Shown here one piece after another: positions 9,518 through 18,478 of a DNA stretch of 64,000 bases (positions are counted from its first letter, which is position 1; every line of letters starts with the position of its first letter). The position numbers and the translations under genes are program-made. The notes beneath the pieces are model-generated. The model saw nothing but the letters and a program-made list of their open reading frames with translations, was not told the DNA's origin and ran no database searches. This DNA comes from Patescibacteria group bacterium (GTDB lineage Bacteria > Patescibacteriota > Patescibacteriia > PEXW01), in contig JBGSPR010000011.1 of assembly GCA_041738495.1 (NCBI GenBank), positions 1,495 to 65,494 on the forward strand, written 5' to 3'.

Positions 9518-10566
9518 GTACGTTTCTCTTGGTTGGTGGAGGTACGCTGGGTTCGGTGAACCCCCTGCTGGCTTTTGCTGCAGCCCTACGCGAGCAACAC
9601 CCGCACGTACGCTGCGTGTTCTGGGGGCCGCGGAGCTCGCGTGATCGACGTGTGGTTGAGGAATCGGGTTTACCGTACCGTAGCCTCCCTGCGGGGAAGC
9701 TGCGTCGGTACTTTTCGTTGAGGACCCTCGTGGACATCCCGGTCATTGCATGGGCGGTCGTCGTCGCGTGGGTGCGCTTACGCGCCGAACGCCCAAACCT
9801 CGTCGTTACCGCTGGGAGCTACGTTGCAGTTCCGGTTGCGTGGGCTGCAGCACTCCACCGCATTCCCGTGCTGCTCTACCAGCAAGATGCAACACTCGGT
9901 TTCGCGAATCGCCTCATCCTCCGGGTTGCACGGGTGCGCGCCGCTACGGCAGAAGGACCAGCCCACCTTCTCCCCGCGCCGGTAACGACCGTTGGATTCG
10001 CGCTGCGTCCCGACCTCCGCGCGGGCGACGCTCAACGAGCAGCGCGTGCGTACCATCTCGACCCACGCCGGTGCACGGTACTCGTCATCGGTGGAAGCTC
10101 TGGCGCGCGTGAACTCAACGAACGCTTCGTCGCAGCCCTGCCACACCTCGATCCTGCTGTACAAGCGGTGCACGTGACAGGCTCGGGGAAAGAGGGGACC
10201 GTCTCACGACCAGGGTACGTGCAGATACCTTTCACCAATGCAGGCCTCCCCGACTTGTACGCGCTCGCAACGCTCGTGGTGAGTAGGGCGGGGAGTAATG
10301 TCCTGGCTGAACTCATTGCCCTGGCGAAGCCAATGGTCGTGGTACCGCTTCCCGGAACGCACCAAGTGCAGAATGCCGCATCGCTAGAAGAGCGTGGTAT
10401 ACCTGTGCTGGATCAAGCTTCGCTCACGCCAGAGCACTTCGCTTCGGTTCTCAACGATACGTGCCACGACGGGCAACGTCTGGAGACCCTGCGGCGGGCA
10501 GTAGCAGGACTGTGGGATACTGATGGCGCGCGAGCGCTCGTCACGTTGGTCAAACCTTACGTATGA
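9514..10566 (+). CDS. murG: Undecaprenyldiphospho-muramoylpentapeptide beta-N-acetylglucosaminyltransferase MurG
   Basis: Start MSTFLLVGGGTLGSVNPLLA at ATG 9514 (internal to ORF 9283..10566); GT28 motifs. Confidence 0.9.
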   Translation: MSTFLLVGGGTLGSVNPLLAFAAALREQHPHVRCVFWGPRSSRDRRVVEESGLPYRSLPAGKLRRYFSLRTLVDIPVIAWAVVVAWVRLRAERPNLVVTAGSYVAVPVAWAAALHRIPVLLYQQDATLGFANRLILRVARVRAATAEGPAHLLPAPVTTVGFALRPDLRAGDAQRAARAYHLDPRRCTVLVIGGSSGARELNERFVAALPHLDPAVQAVHVTGSGKEGTVSRPGYVQIPFTNAGLPDLYALATLVVSRAGSNVLAELIALAKPMVVVPLPGTHQVQNAASLEERGIPVLDQASLTPEHFASVLNDTCHDGQRLETLRRAVAGLWDTDGARALVTLVKPYV

Positions 10567-11945
10567 ACCTACACTCCGCCACACACGTCCACGTCATTGG
10601 TATCGGTGGTATTGGCGTTTCCGCGCTTGCGAAGTGGTGCTTGGAGCGTGGCGCTACGGTGAGTGGGAGCGATGCCGTTGAGACGCCGCAAACCACGTGG
10701 TTCCGGGCGCACGGCGCTGTCGTGCACATTGGCCAGCACGCCGCTGCGCACGTTCCCAGTGCGTGTGACCTCGTGCTCGCGTCGGTTGCGGTGCGTGAAG
10801 AAAATTCCGAGTGGCAAGCAGCAGTCACTCGACGGATTCCCATCTTGCCGTACCCCGTGGCTCTCGCACAGCTCTTCGAAGGTACGCACGGCATTGCAGT
10901 AGCCGGTACGCATGGGAAGTCCACCACGACCGCACTCTTGGGAACCACCCTCATTGCAGCGGGTTTCGACCCAACGGTCATCGTTGGAACGCGTGTCCGT
11001 GAATTTGGCAACACCAACGAGCGCGTTGGCGCGAGTGATGTGGTGCTGGCGGAAGTCGACGAGTACAACCAAGCGATCTTGCAAGTGCAGCCCACGCACG
11101 CGGTTGTCCTGAACGTGGACCACGAGCACGTAGATGTGTACGAAACATTGGAAAAACTGCAGAGTGCTTTTGGTCGGTTCGTCGCCAGCGTACCGAAGAA
11201 TGGAACGGTCACGCTCTGGGCAGATGACCCGAGCACGCCCCTCCTTCGTGAACGCGTGCAAGGGGAGGTACGCACGTTTGGCTTTGGGGACGCAGACCTC
11301 GTCGCGCGCGACATTATCACCTCTGCCTCGGGTACGGCCTTCTCCGTGCAGGGTTTGTACCGCGGCACCGTGCGCACCAAGCTCTTCGGCGAGCACAACG
11401 TGCGGAACGTTCTTGCCGCACTGTGCGTTGCTCACGCGCTGGGAACGCCCTTCGACGTTGCTGTAGCGGCAATGAGCACCTTCCCAGGAACGTGGCGACG
11501 ATTTGAGCACCGCGGCCTCTGGCGTGGCGCAACGATCATCGATGATTACGCGCACCACCCAACCGAACTCCGCGCTACGCTCGCGGCTGCACGACAGGCA
11601 TTCCCAGGGAAGCGCATCACTTGCGTTTTCCAGCCCCACCTGCACAGCCGAACGCTCGCATTCTTCCCGAACTTCGTCCGCGAGTTGCAAGCTGCGGATC
11701 ACGTGGTGCTCGTGGAAGTCTACGACGTACTTGGTCGAGATGTGGGTCCGCGCACATCGAGCGCAGAACTCGCTCGAGCGGTCGGGAACGATGCAGCGTT
11801 CGTTCCAACGGTGCGCGATGCTGTGCGCTACCTCGAATCGCGCGTCACCTCTACGGATGTGGTACTCACCGTTGGTGCCGGTGACATCACGTCGTTTGCC
11901 TCACTCGCGCAAAATGAAAAGCCCTCCGCAGCGCAGGAGGGCTAG
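10563..11945 (+). CDS. murC: UDP-N-acetylmuramate--L-alanine ligase MurC
   Basis: 460 aa; HVIGIGGIGVSALA N-terminal Rossmann fold and GTHGKSTTT P-loop. Confidence 0.9.
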   Translation: MNLHSATHVHVIGIGGIGVSALAKWCLERGATVSGSDAVETPQTTWFRAHGAVVHIGQHAAAHVPSACDLVLASVAVREENSEWQAAVTRRIPILPYPVALAQLFEGTHGIAVAGTHGKSTTTALLGTTLIAAGFDPTVIVGTRVREFGNTNERVGASDVVLAEVDEYNQAILQVQPTHAVVLNVDHEHVDVYETLEKLQSAFGRFVASVPKNGTVTLWADDPSTPLLRERVQGEVRTFGFGDADLVARDIITSASGTAFSVQGLYRGTVRTKLFGEHNVRNVLAALCVAHALGTPFDVAVAAMSTFPGTWRRFEHRGLWRGATIIDDYAHHPTELRATLAAARQAFPGKRITCVFQPHLHSRTLAFFPNFVRELQAADHVVLVEVYDVLGRDVGPRTSSAELARAVGNDAAFVPTVRDAVRYLESRVTSTDVVLTVGAGDITSFASLAQNEKPSAAQEG

Positions 11946-12940
11946 ATGGGAATGTACGTGAAGAGTGTCTGCTGGTACTGGACACTCGCGTTGTAGGGAA
12001 TGTGCTGGCGAACAATGCGGCACCGAACAGGTGCGGTTACCCGCTCTTCAATGCTCCCCATGAGGAGCCACACACTCCCCAGATGCGTGCCTGGCTCGAC
12101 GACGCTCCCCACGAAGGTTTTTGCGTGTTCTTCAGCTGGGCGGAAGAATCCTGCGTAGTCGCCTTGGTACGTGAGCTCGCGCATATCGTGAGGGGTGCCC
12201 AGCAGCATTGCGCAGGCGAGGGACGCGAGTTCGGTGTACGGTTGTGCGCCGAACTGCAGGATGAAGCCGGACGTGGGAGCGGTGACCACTGTCGCTCGGT
12301 GCAAGCCCGTGCGAGAGCGAATCGAGCCCACCGGGTCGCCTGCTGCGACGAAGTCTCCAACGAAGACGTTTCGGTAACCTCGATTCCAGTACTTTCGGTG
12401 CGGGACGAGGTGACGGGCGTGAGCGAGGCCGGTTGCGTTTTCGACGATTGCGGGTAACCAGGTTCCTCCACCTGGTACGGTAACCGGCGTGATGTCGACG
12501 GGGATGGTGAGCAGCGGTGGTTGCCCCACAATCCAGTTCGCCGTAGCCGGGAACTGCAAACCCTCGGGGTACTGCGGATCATTCTCCGGAAAGTAGTAGG
12601 TGAGTTGGCCGTTTTCCACGAAGACCGTCTGTCGCATCGCGTTCTGCCCCCGCGTCGCCGGAGCTTGGAGGGCGTACCCATGCGGTACCCGTGATTGCGA
12701 GGGAGTTCGCCGAACGGTTACTGCGCTCAGCACAGACCGGACCACGAGTTCGCTCACGTTGCGCTCTTCGGCCAGCGCTACAATGCGCTGCGCTCGTCGG
12801 AAGTGCCGGTAGTGGAAAATACCGAGGATTACCCCAACGAACAGGCAGCCAGCGGTAAATCCGCCAATAGCAAACCAACCGTGCGTTTGCGCGAGTGCTT
12901 CCAGCCAGTGGAGGAAGCGCTCGATGCTTTGGAAATGCAC
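11942..12940 (-). CDS. Membrane-anchored hypothetical protein, possibly phosphatidylserine-decarboxylase-like fold (very tentative)
   Basis: 332-aa ORF with perfect GGAGG SD 7 nt upstream of the ATG at 12940, N-terminal TM helix, no confident family. Lies convergent to murC with overlapping stops (CTAG). Confidence 0.5.
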   Translation of the reverse strand: MHFQSIERFLHWLEALAQTHGWFAIGGFTAGCLFVGVILGIFHYRHFRRAQRIVALAEERNVSELVVRSVLSAVTVRRTPSQSRVPHGYALQAPATRGQNAMRQTVFVENGQLTYYFPENDPQYPEGLQFPATANWIVGQPPLLTIPVDITPVTVPGGGTWLPAIVENATGLAHARHLVPHRKYWNRGYRNVFVGDFVAAGDPVGSIRSRTGLHRATVVTAPTSGFILQFGAQPYTELASLACAMLLGTPHDMRELTYQGDYAGFFRPAEEHAKTFVGSVVEPGTHLGSVWLLMGSIEERVTAPVRCRIVRQHIPYNASVQYQQTLFTYIPI

Positions 12941-12951
12941 TCTTTCCTCCT

Positions 12952-12979
12952 TTGGTGTTCATGTAAATTGCGCTATAGT
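12952..12979 (+). promoter_or_regulatory. Candidate promoter for murB (TTGGTG-16-TATAGT) in the divergent spacer between the hypothetical gene and murB
   Basis: gcgcTATAGTat at 12974-12979 shares the gCTATAgT core with the promoters at 21151 and 39755. Confidence 0.35.
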
Positions 12980-13004
12980 ATATCGGCCAGCGCTCTGGCT
13001 GTCA

Positions 13005-13913
13005 ATGAATGACGCGCGTACACAACTCGAACGCCTTCCCGGAGTGAAGGTACGTGAACCACTCGCTCCGCATACCACCTTTCAAGTTGGGGGTCCGGCG
13101 GCATTCTTCGTATCGACGAATGACGTGCCCCTGCTCCAGCGCGCCGTTCGCGCTGCACGAGCAGCAGGTCTACCCGTCGCCGCGCTGGGCGGCGGCAGCA
13201 ACACGCTCGTTGCTGACACGGGTTTCCCAGGACTCATTGTCCACCTCACCTCAACGCGTTGCGAGGCACGCGATGATGGCCAGGTCGAAGCTGATGCTGG
13301 CACACCGCTCAGTCGCGTCGTGCGCACAGCAATTAGTAAAAACCTCACTGGCTTAGAATTTGCGGTCGGCATCCCCGGGTCGTTCGGTGGAGCACTGGCT
13401 GGCAATGCTGGCACGGGTGGGCACGGCGTGAGCGAGCGCGTCGAGCAGGTGACGTACCTCGACGATAGAGGTGAGTTGCGTACCTGCGATAGGACGAGTC
13501 TCGATGTATCCTACCGCTACACTCGCTTCAAGTACTCGACGACTGACATTATCGTTAGCGCGCGGCTCAAACTGGCGATAGACACTCCAACAGAAATTCA
13601 GATGAGAGTTCGGGAAGCAGTTGACCGACGCTCCTGGCAACCGAAGGGTGCGTGGTGCGCTGGTTGCGTGTTCAAAAATCCAGCGAATGGGCATGCGGGC
13701 AAGCTCATCCAGGATGCTGGGTTGAAAGGAAAGAAAATCGGCGGTGCCATGGTATCGCCTGACCACGCGAATTTCGTGACGAACACGGGCAATGCCACCG
13801 CTGAGGATATCGTCATCCTCATTAGTTACATCAAGCAGCAGGTGCGTGACCAGTTTGGCGTTCAGTTGGAAGAAGAAGTTCGGTACCTTGGCTTCGATTC
13901 TCCTCCCGCGTAA
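13005..13913 (+). CDS. murB: UDP-N-acetylenolpyruvoylglucosamine reductase MurB
   Basis: Start MNDARTQLERLPGVKV at ATG 13005; FAD-binding GGGSN motif; MurB C-terminal domain. Confidence 0.88.
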   Translation: MNDARTQLERLPGVKVREPLAPHTTFQVGGPAAFFVSTNDVPLLQRAVRAARAAGLPVAALGGGSNTLVADTGFPGLIVHLTSTRCEARDDGQVEADAGTPLSRVVRTAISKNLTGLEFAVGIPGSFGGALAGNAGTGGHGVSERVEQVTYLDDRGELRTCDRTSLDVSYRYTRFKYSTTDIIVSARLKLAIDTPTEIQMRVREAVDRRSWQPKGAWCAGCVFKNPANGHAGKLIQDAGLKGKKIGGAMVSPDHANFVTNTGNATAEDIVILISYIKQQVRDQFGVQLEEEVRYLGFDSPPA

Positions 13914-13923
13914 CTTGTAACGT

Positions 13924-14244
13924 ATGATCATTAGCGCAAAAGACTTCTCGCTCACGCCGAGTATCAAGCAGTACGCCGAACAGAAGTTTACTGCGCTCAC
14001 GCGCTTGAGCCGCGAGCCCTTGCAGGACCTCAAGGTATTCTTGGATGTTGATCGTAACCAGACGCACGGTGACATCTGCCGCGTGGAAGCATCCGCACTG
14101 TGGCGAGGAACAAGCTACAAAGCGGGTACGAAAGCCACGGAAATGCACGAAGCGCTGGACCTCTGCGTCGAGAAGTTGGAGCGCCAACTGCGGGACGCGA
14201 AAGATCGCTGGCTCGCCCAGCGCGCTGGCCACCATGGTACGTAA
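13924..14244 (+). CDS. hpf: Ribosome hibernation promoting factor (short HPF/RaiA family)
   Basis: 106 aa MIISAKDFSLTPSIKQYAEQKF..., typical HPF fold signature; lies upstream of secA as in many bacteria. Confidence 0.8.
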   Translation: MIISAKDFSLTPSIKQYAEQKFTALTRLSREPLQDLKVFLDVDRNQTHGDICRVEASALWRGTSYKAGTKATEMHEALDLCVEKLERQLRDAKDRWLAQRAGHHGT

Positions 14245-14285
14245 GGCTTGCAAACGTGTGCAGACTGTAGGAAGATAGCTCAACC

Positions 14286-16994
14286 ATGGCTTTCCTCACA
14301 AAACTCTTCGGCGACCCAAACCAGCGAGCGGTCCACAGCATGGACGGCATCGTGGCACGCATAAACGCGCTCGAGCCAAGCGTGGCGAAGCTCGCCGACG
14401 CTGACTTCCCGCAACGCACGAAAGACCTCTACGATCGGCACACGAAGGGCGAATCCCTCGATGACCTCCTCCCCGAGGCTTTCGCACTCGTGCGCGAGGC
14501 AGCGCGTCGTACCCTCGGGCAACGCCATTTCGACGTCCAGCTCATGGGCGGTATCATCCTGCACCAAGGGAAGATTGCAGAAATGCGAACTGGAGAAGGG
14601 AAGACTCTGGTCTCCACACTCCCAGCGTACCTGAATGCTATTGCGGGCAAGGGCGTGCACGTGGTGACGGTGAATGACTACCTCGCAAAGCGCGACGCGG
14701 CGTGGATGGGGAAGGTGCACCACTTCCTCGGTCTCTCGGTTGGGAGTATCCAGCACGAATCCGCCTTCCTCTACGACCCGTCGTACGAGAGTGACGAGCA
14801 GAATCCAAACCTCCGCCCAGTGAGTCGAACCGAAGCGTACCGTGCTGACATTACGTACGGAACGAATAACGAGTTCGGTTTCGACTACCTGCGCGACAAC
14901 ATGGTTCCCGACCCACAGTACATGGTGCAGCGGAACCTCACCTTCGCGATCGTAGACGAAGTTGACTCCATTCTCATTGATGAAGCGCGTACACCGCTCA
15001 TCATTTCCGGTCCGAGCACAACTCCGAGTGAGCAGTACTACAAGTACGCCGAGCTCGTCCAGCGCTTGGAAGAGGGCCCGGACTACAACATTGATGAGAA
15101 ACTCCGCGCGACCACTCTCACCGAGCAGGGGATTAGTAAGATGGAGAAGTGGCTGAACGTTGAGAACATCTACGCAGCGGGTGGTGTGGAAATGGTCCAC
15201 CACATCGAGCAAGCTCTGCGCGCGCACTCGCTCTTCAAGCGTGACCGTGACTACGTGGTGCGCGAAGGAGAAGTGGTCATCGTCGATGAGTTCACCGGTC
15301 GACTCATGTTCGGCAGGCGGTACTCCGAGGGCTTGCACCAAGCTATTGAGGCGAAAGAGCGGGTCGAGATTAAGCAAGAGTCGCAAACCCTCGCCACCAT
15401 TACGTTCCAGAATTACTTCCGCATGTACGCGAAGCTCTCTGGTATGACCGGTACAGCTGCTACGGAGGCAGAGGAGTTCAGCAAGATCTACAACCTGGAA
15501 GTCGTTACAGTGCCAACGAACAAGCCTATGGTTCGGCGTGACATTGCCGACAGCGTGTACAAAACCGAAGCAGGGAAGTACGAGGCTATTGCACGGGATG
15601 TGAAGGTGCGTCACGAGCAGGGACAGCCCGTACTCATTGGCACCATTTCCATTGCGAAGAACGAAATGCTCGGTCGTTTGCTGGATCGCGAGGGTATTCC
15701 GCACCAAATGCTCAACGCGACGAACCACGAGAAGGAAGCGTCTACCATTGCGCAAGCCGGACGTCGCGGTGCGGTGACTGTGGCCACGAACATGGCCGGT
15801 CGTGGCGTGGACATCATTCTCGGCGGAAACCCGCCAGACCCAGATGAGGCATCAGCAGTAAAACAACTCGGTGGTTTGCACGTCATTGGCACCGAGCGAC
15901 ATGAGTCGCGTCGTATTGACAACCAGCTCCGCGGTCGCGCTGGGCGCCAGGGGGATCCTGGATCATCCCAGTTCTTCCTGTCCCTGGAAGATGACCTCAT
16001 GCGCATCTTCGGCGGAGATCGAGTGAAGTCGCTCATGGAGCGCTTGGGCGTGCCTGATGACATGCCCATTGAGAACCGCATGATTTCTCGCTCCATTGAG
16101 GGCGCGCAGAAAAAAGTAGAAGGACACAACTTCGACATTCGCAAGCACTTAGTTGAGTACGATGATGTCATCAACAAGCACCGCGAAGTCATCTACTCTC
16201 GTCGCCGTGACGTGGTGAAGTGTTTAGAAACACCAGAAGGTCGACGTCCTGCAATTCAGCAGGCAATCCACGAAGAGCTGGAGCGCATTGTCTCCATGCA
16301 CACCTCAGCAGATCGCGAGGACACTTGGAACCTCGACGAAATTTACGAGTCTATTGATGCAGTGTTCCCCATTGCCTTGAAAGAGCGGTTGACCATGGAG
16401 GCGTACCGCACTCGCGTCGGTGAGGTGGGTGGAACAGCTGGGGCGAGGAATGCAATCATCACCCACCTCGACGAACTGCTCACCCAGGCGTACGACACAC
16501 TGGAGAAGACGATGAGTGAGACGCCAATGGGGCGGGATACCGCAACCCGTGGCCAGAACCTCATGCGCCTCGTGGAACGTGCCGTTGAACTACGCATCAT
16601 TGATACGCTCTGGATAGAGCACCTCGCACTCATGGATCACCTTCGCCAGGGGATTGGGCTGCGAGGGTATGGTCAGCGCGACCCGCTCGTCGAGTACAAG
16701 AAGGAAGCGTACGTTCTCTTCAGCCAGCTCCTTGCGGCAATCCGCTCGCAGGTTGTGCACGCAATTTTCAAAGCGAACGTGAGCGTGCCAGCGCAGCCAC
16801 GCGAACAGCGACAGGTTACCTACACCGCACCCGCGAAGGATGCGACATCGAGCAGCACTGCAGCAACGACTTCTCCAACAGGCGAAAAAGTTGGTAGGAA
16901 TGACCTCTGCCCGTGCGGGAGTGGTAAGAAGTACAAGAAGTGCGGTCTGGTGAATAGCCCAGAGCACCAATCCTTCGTACAAAAGAAAGCCTAG
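14286..16994 (+). CDS. secA: Preprotein translocase ATPase SecA
   Basis: 902 aa; DEAD-like motor motifs; C-terminal zinc finger [12 protein letters not shown]. Confidence 0.95.
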   Translation: MAFLTKLFGDPNQRAVHSMDGIVARINALEPSVAKLADADFPQRTKDLYDRHTKGESLDDLLPEAFALVREAARRTLGQRHFDVQLMGGIILHQGKIAEMRTGEGKTLVSTLPAYLNAIAGKGVHVVTVNDYLAKRDAAWMGKVHHFLGLSVGSIQHESAFLYDPSYESDEQNPNLRPVSRTEAYRADITYGTNNEFGFDYLRDNMVPDPQYMVQRNLTFAIVDEVDSILIDEARTPLIISGPSTTPSEQYYKYAELVQRLEEGPDYNIDEKLRATTLTEQGISKMEKWLNVENIYAAGGVEMVHHIEQALRAHSLFKRDRDYVVREGEVVIVDEFTGRLMFGRRYSEGLHQAIEAKERVEIKQESQTLATITFQNYFRMYAKLSGMTGTAATEAEEFSKIYNLEVVTVPTNKPMVRRDIADSVYKTEAGKYEAIARDVKVRHEQGQPVLIGTISIAKNEMLGRLLDREGIPHQMLNATNHEKEASTIAQAGRRGAVTVATNMAGRGVDIILGGNPPDPDEASAVKQLGGLHVIGTERHESRRIDNQLRGRAGRQGDPGSSQFFLSLEDDLMRIFGGDRVKSLMERLGVPDDMPIENRMISRSIEGAQKKVEGHNFDIRKHLVEYDDVINKHREVIYSRRRDVVKCLETPEGRRPAIQQAIHEELERIVSMHTSADREDTWNLDEIYESIDAVFPIALKERLTMEAYRTRVGEVGGTAGARNAIITHLDELLTQAYDTLEKTMSETPMGRDTATRGQNLMRLVERAVELRIIDTLWIEHLALMDHLRQGIGLRGYGQRDPLVEYKKEAYVLFSQLLAAIRSQVVHAIFKANVSVPAQPREQRQVTYTAPAKDATSSSTAATTSPTGEKVGRNDLCPCGSGKKYKKCGLVNSPEHQSFVQKKA

Positions 16995-16999
16995 TACCA

Positions 17000-17024
17000 C
17001 AACACGTGTTGACATCCACGTCAA
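17000..17024. repeat. Overlapping perfect palindromes CAACACGTGTTG and TTGAC-N6-GTCAA across the -35 region (candidate operator)
   Basis: Read directly from the sequence: 12-bp perfect palindrome at 17000-17011 and a 5-bp inverted repeat at 17009-17024. Confidence 0.5.
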
Positions 17025-17037
17025 ATTGTGGTAAACT
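17009..17037 (+). promoter_or_regulatory. Sigma70-like promoter TTGACA-17-(TGg)TAAACT for the FG-GAP/L,D-transpeptidase gene
   Basis: TTGACA at 17009-17014, 17-nt spacer, TG at 17029-30, TAAACT at 17032-37, in an AT-rich island between secA and the next gene. Confidence 0.5.
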
Positions 17038-17060
17038 TTGAGTATCCAAAATAAAAACCT

Positions 17061-18440
17061 ATGAAAAATACACACACATCCTTCAGGTTCGTGCTCATGG
17101 CGGGCGTTATCGCGCTCGCGTGGTTTGGTTTTACCAGCGCAGTTCACGCTGCGTCCCCGCGCGCTGGGCTCTTCACATCTACTGGGAAACTCGTTCGTAC
17201 CTACACTGCAATTCCAGCAGGAGCACACGTTACTGTTGCTGACCTTGGTACCGATGGAGTTCCAGAAATTGTTACCGGAAGTCCACAGGGCACGAAGCCA
17301 GCGGTGAGCATCCTGCGACTCGACGGCTCGCGCATACGTACGTTCTCCCTAGGGAACGTAACCGGCACACCCGCTGTGCGCGTAGCAGTTGGGGACGTCA
17401 CCGGTGATGGTCAGAAGGACATCGTGGTGAGCTTCGGCGAGGGGACAACCCCCGAGGTTCGCGTGTACTCGCAGTCAGGTGAGCGCGCGTCAGCCTTCCT
17501 TGCTTTTGGGAAGGGTTTTCGTGGAGGGGTGTCCGTAGCAGTTGGGGACGTCACCGGTGATGGTCGTTCAGATATCATCACCGCAGCAGGGAAAGGTGGC
17601 GGACCGTTCGTCATTACGTACGACGCCCGTGGTGAGCGCGTGGCGCAGTTCAAAGCGTACCCATCATCCGAGAAGTCTGGAGTAAACGTGAGCGTGCATG
17701 ATGCTGATGCAGATGGTGACGAAGATGTCGTCACGAGCACGCCGACGAAGAACAGTCTCATAAAAATGTTCGACGCAGGCGGTCGCGTGCACGCGAGTTT
17801 TCGTGCAGCGCACGTACCAGGCACGCTCCACGCTGCAACAGTTCCTGGGTCGCAGTACATCGTAGGGACCGCATCGGGTAGCGCAGCACTGGTGACGAGC
17901 TACACGCAAGCGGGAAAGGTTGGGACAGTGAATTTCTACCCATATGGAAAGTCATTCACGTCTGGTGTTACCGTTGCCTCTGTCGAAAGCGATGAGCGTG
18001 CAGACATTGTGGTCGTTCCCGGTAATGAAGCGCCACGCGTTGGTGTTCGTGCCACAGGGAAGAGCATTGTGGTTGATATTTCTGAGCAGCGCCTGCGGCG
18101 GTACGAGAATGGTGTGCTCGTCGCGACGCACGTTGTTTCGACGGGTACGTGGTCTATGCCAACGCCCATCGGTAGCTTTGCCATTAAGAATAAGCTCTCC
18201 ACGGCCTACTCTCGGCGCTACGCGCTGTACATGGATAACTGGATGGCGTTCACCGGTGATGGCGCGTACGGCATTCACTCGCTGCCGTACTGGAAATTGA
18301 AGAATGGGAGTACGTACTACGAGGGGACGAATCACCTCGGCATACGCGTGTCCCACGGGTGCATACGGCTCTCACCGAAAGAATCGGCGATCGTCTACCA
18401 GTGGGCAGCGGTTGGGGTGCCGGTGACAATTCGCCAGTAA
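17061..18440 (+). CDS. Secreted FG-GAP/VCBS-repeat protein with C-terminal L,D-transpeptidase (YkuD) catalytic domain
   Basis: Signal peptide (AVHA/AS); repeated GDVTGDG..D motifs; C-terminal ...HLGIRVSHGCIRLS LDT active-site motif. Confidence 0.8.
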   Translation: MKNTHTSFRFVLMAGVIALAWFGFTSAVHAASPRAGLFTSTGKLVRTYTAIPAGAHVTVADLGTDGVPEIVTGSPQGTKPAVSILRLDGSRIRTFSLGNVTGTPAVRVAVGDVTGDGQKDIVVSFGEGTTPEVRVYSQSGERASAFLAFGKGFRGGVSVAVGDVTGDGRSDIITAAGKGGGPFVITYDARGERVAQFKAYPSSEKSGVNVSVHDADADGDEDVVTSTPTKNSLIKMFDAGGRVHASFRAAHVPGTLHAATVPGSQYIVGTASGSAALVTSYTQAGKVGTVNFYPYGKSFTSGVTVASVESDERADIVVVPGNEAPRVGVRATGKSIVVDISEQRLRRYENGVLVATHVVSTGTWSMPTPIGSFAIKNKLSTAYSRRYALYMDNWMAFTGDGAYGIHSLPYWKLKNGSTYYEGTNHLGIRVSHGCIRLSPKESAIVYQWAAVGVPVTIRQ

Positions 18441-18478
18441 GTCTTGCGGCAAGCGAAAAAGCTTGGTAGTGTGGGGGC

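Noticed and set aside
10569-11702. 377-aa minus-strand ORF (and a 282-aa one at 10550..11398) antisense to murC
   Set aside because: It is a high-GC antisense artefact. murC on the plus strand has clear Mur ligase motifs.
14280-15755. 491-aa minus-strand ORF antisense to secA
   Set aside because: It lies entirely within the strongly supported secA coding region. Long antisense ORFs are expected in roughly 60% GC DNA. It has no recognisable domains or RBS.
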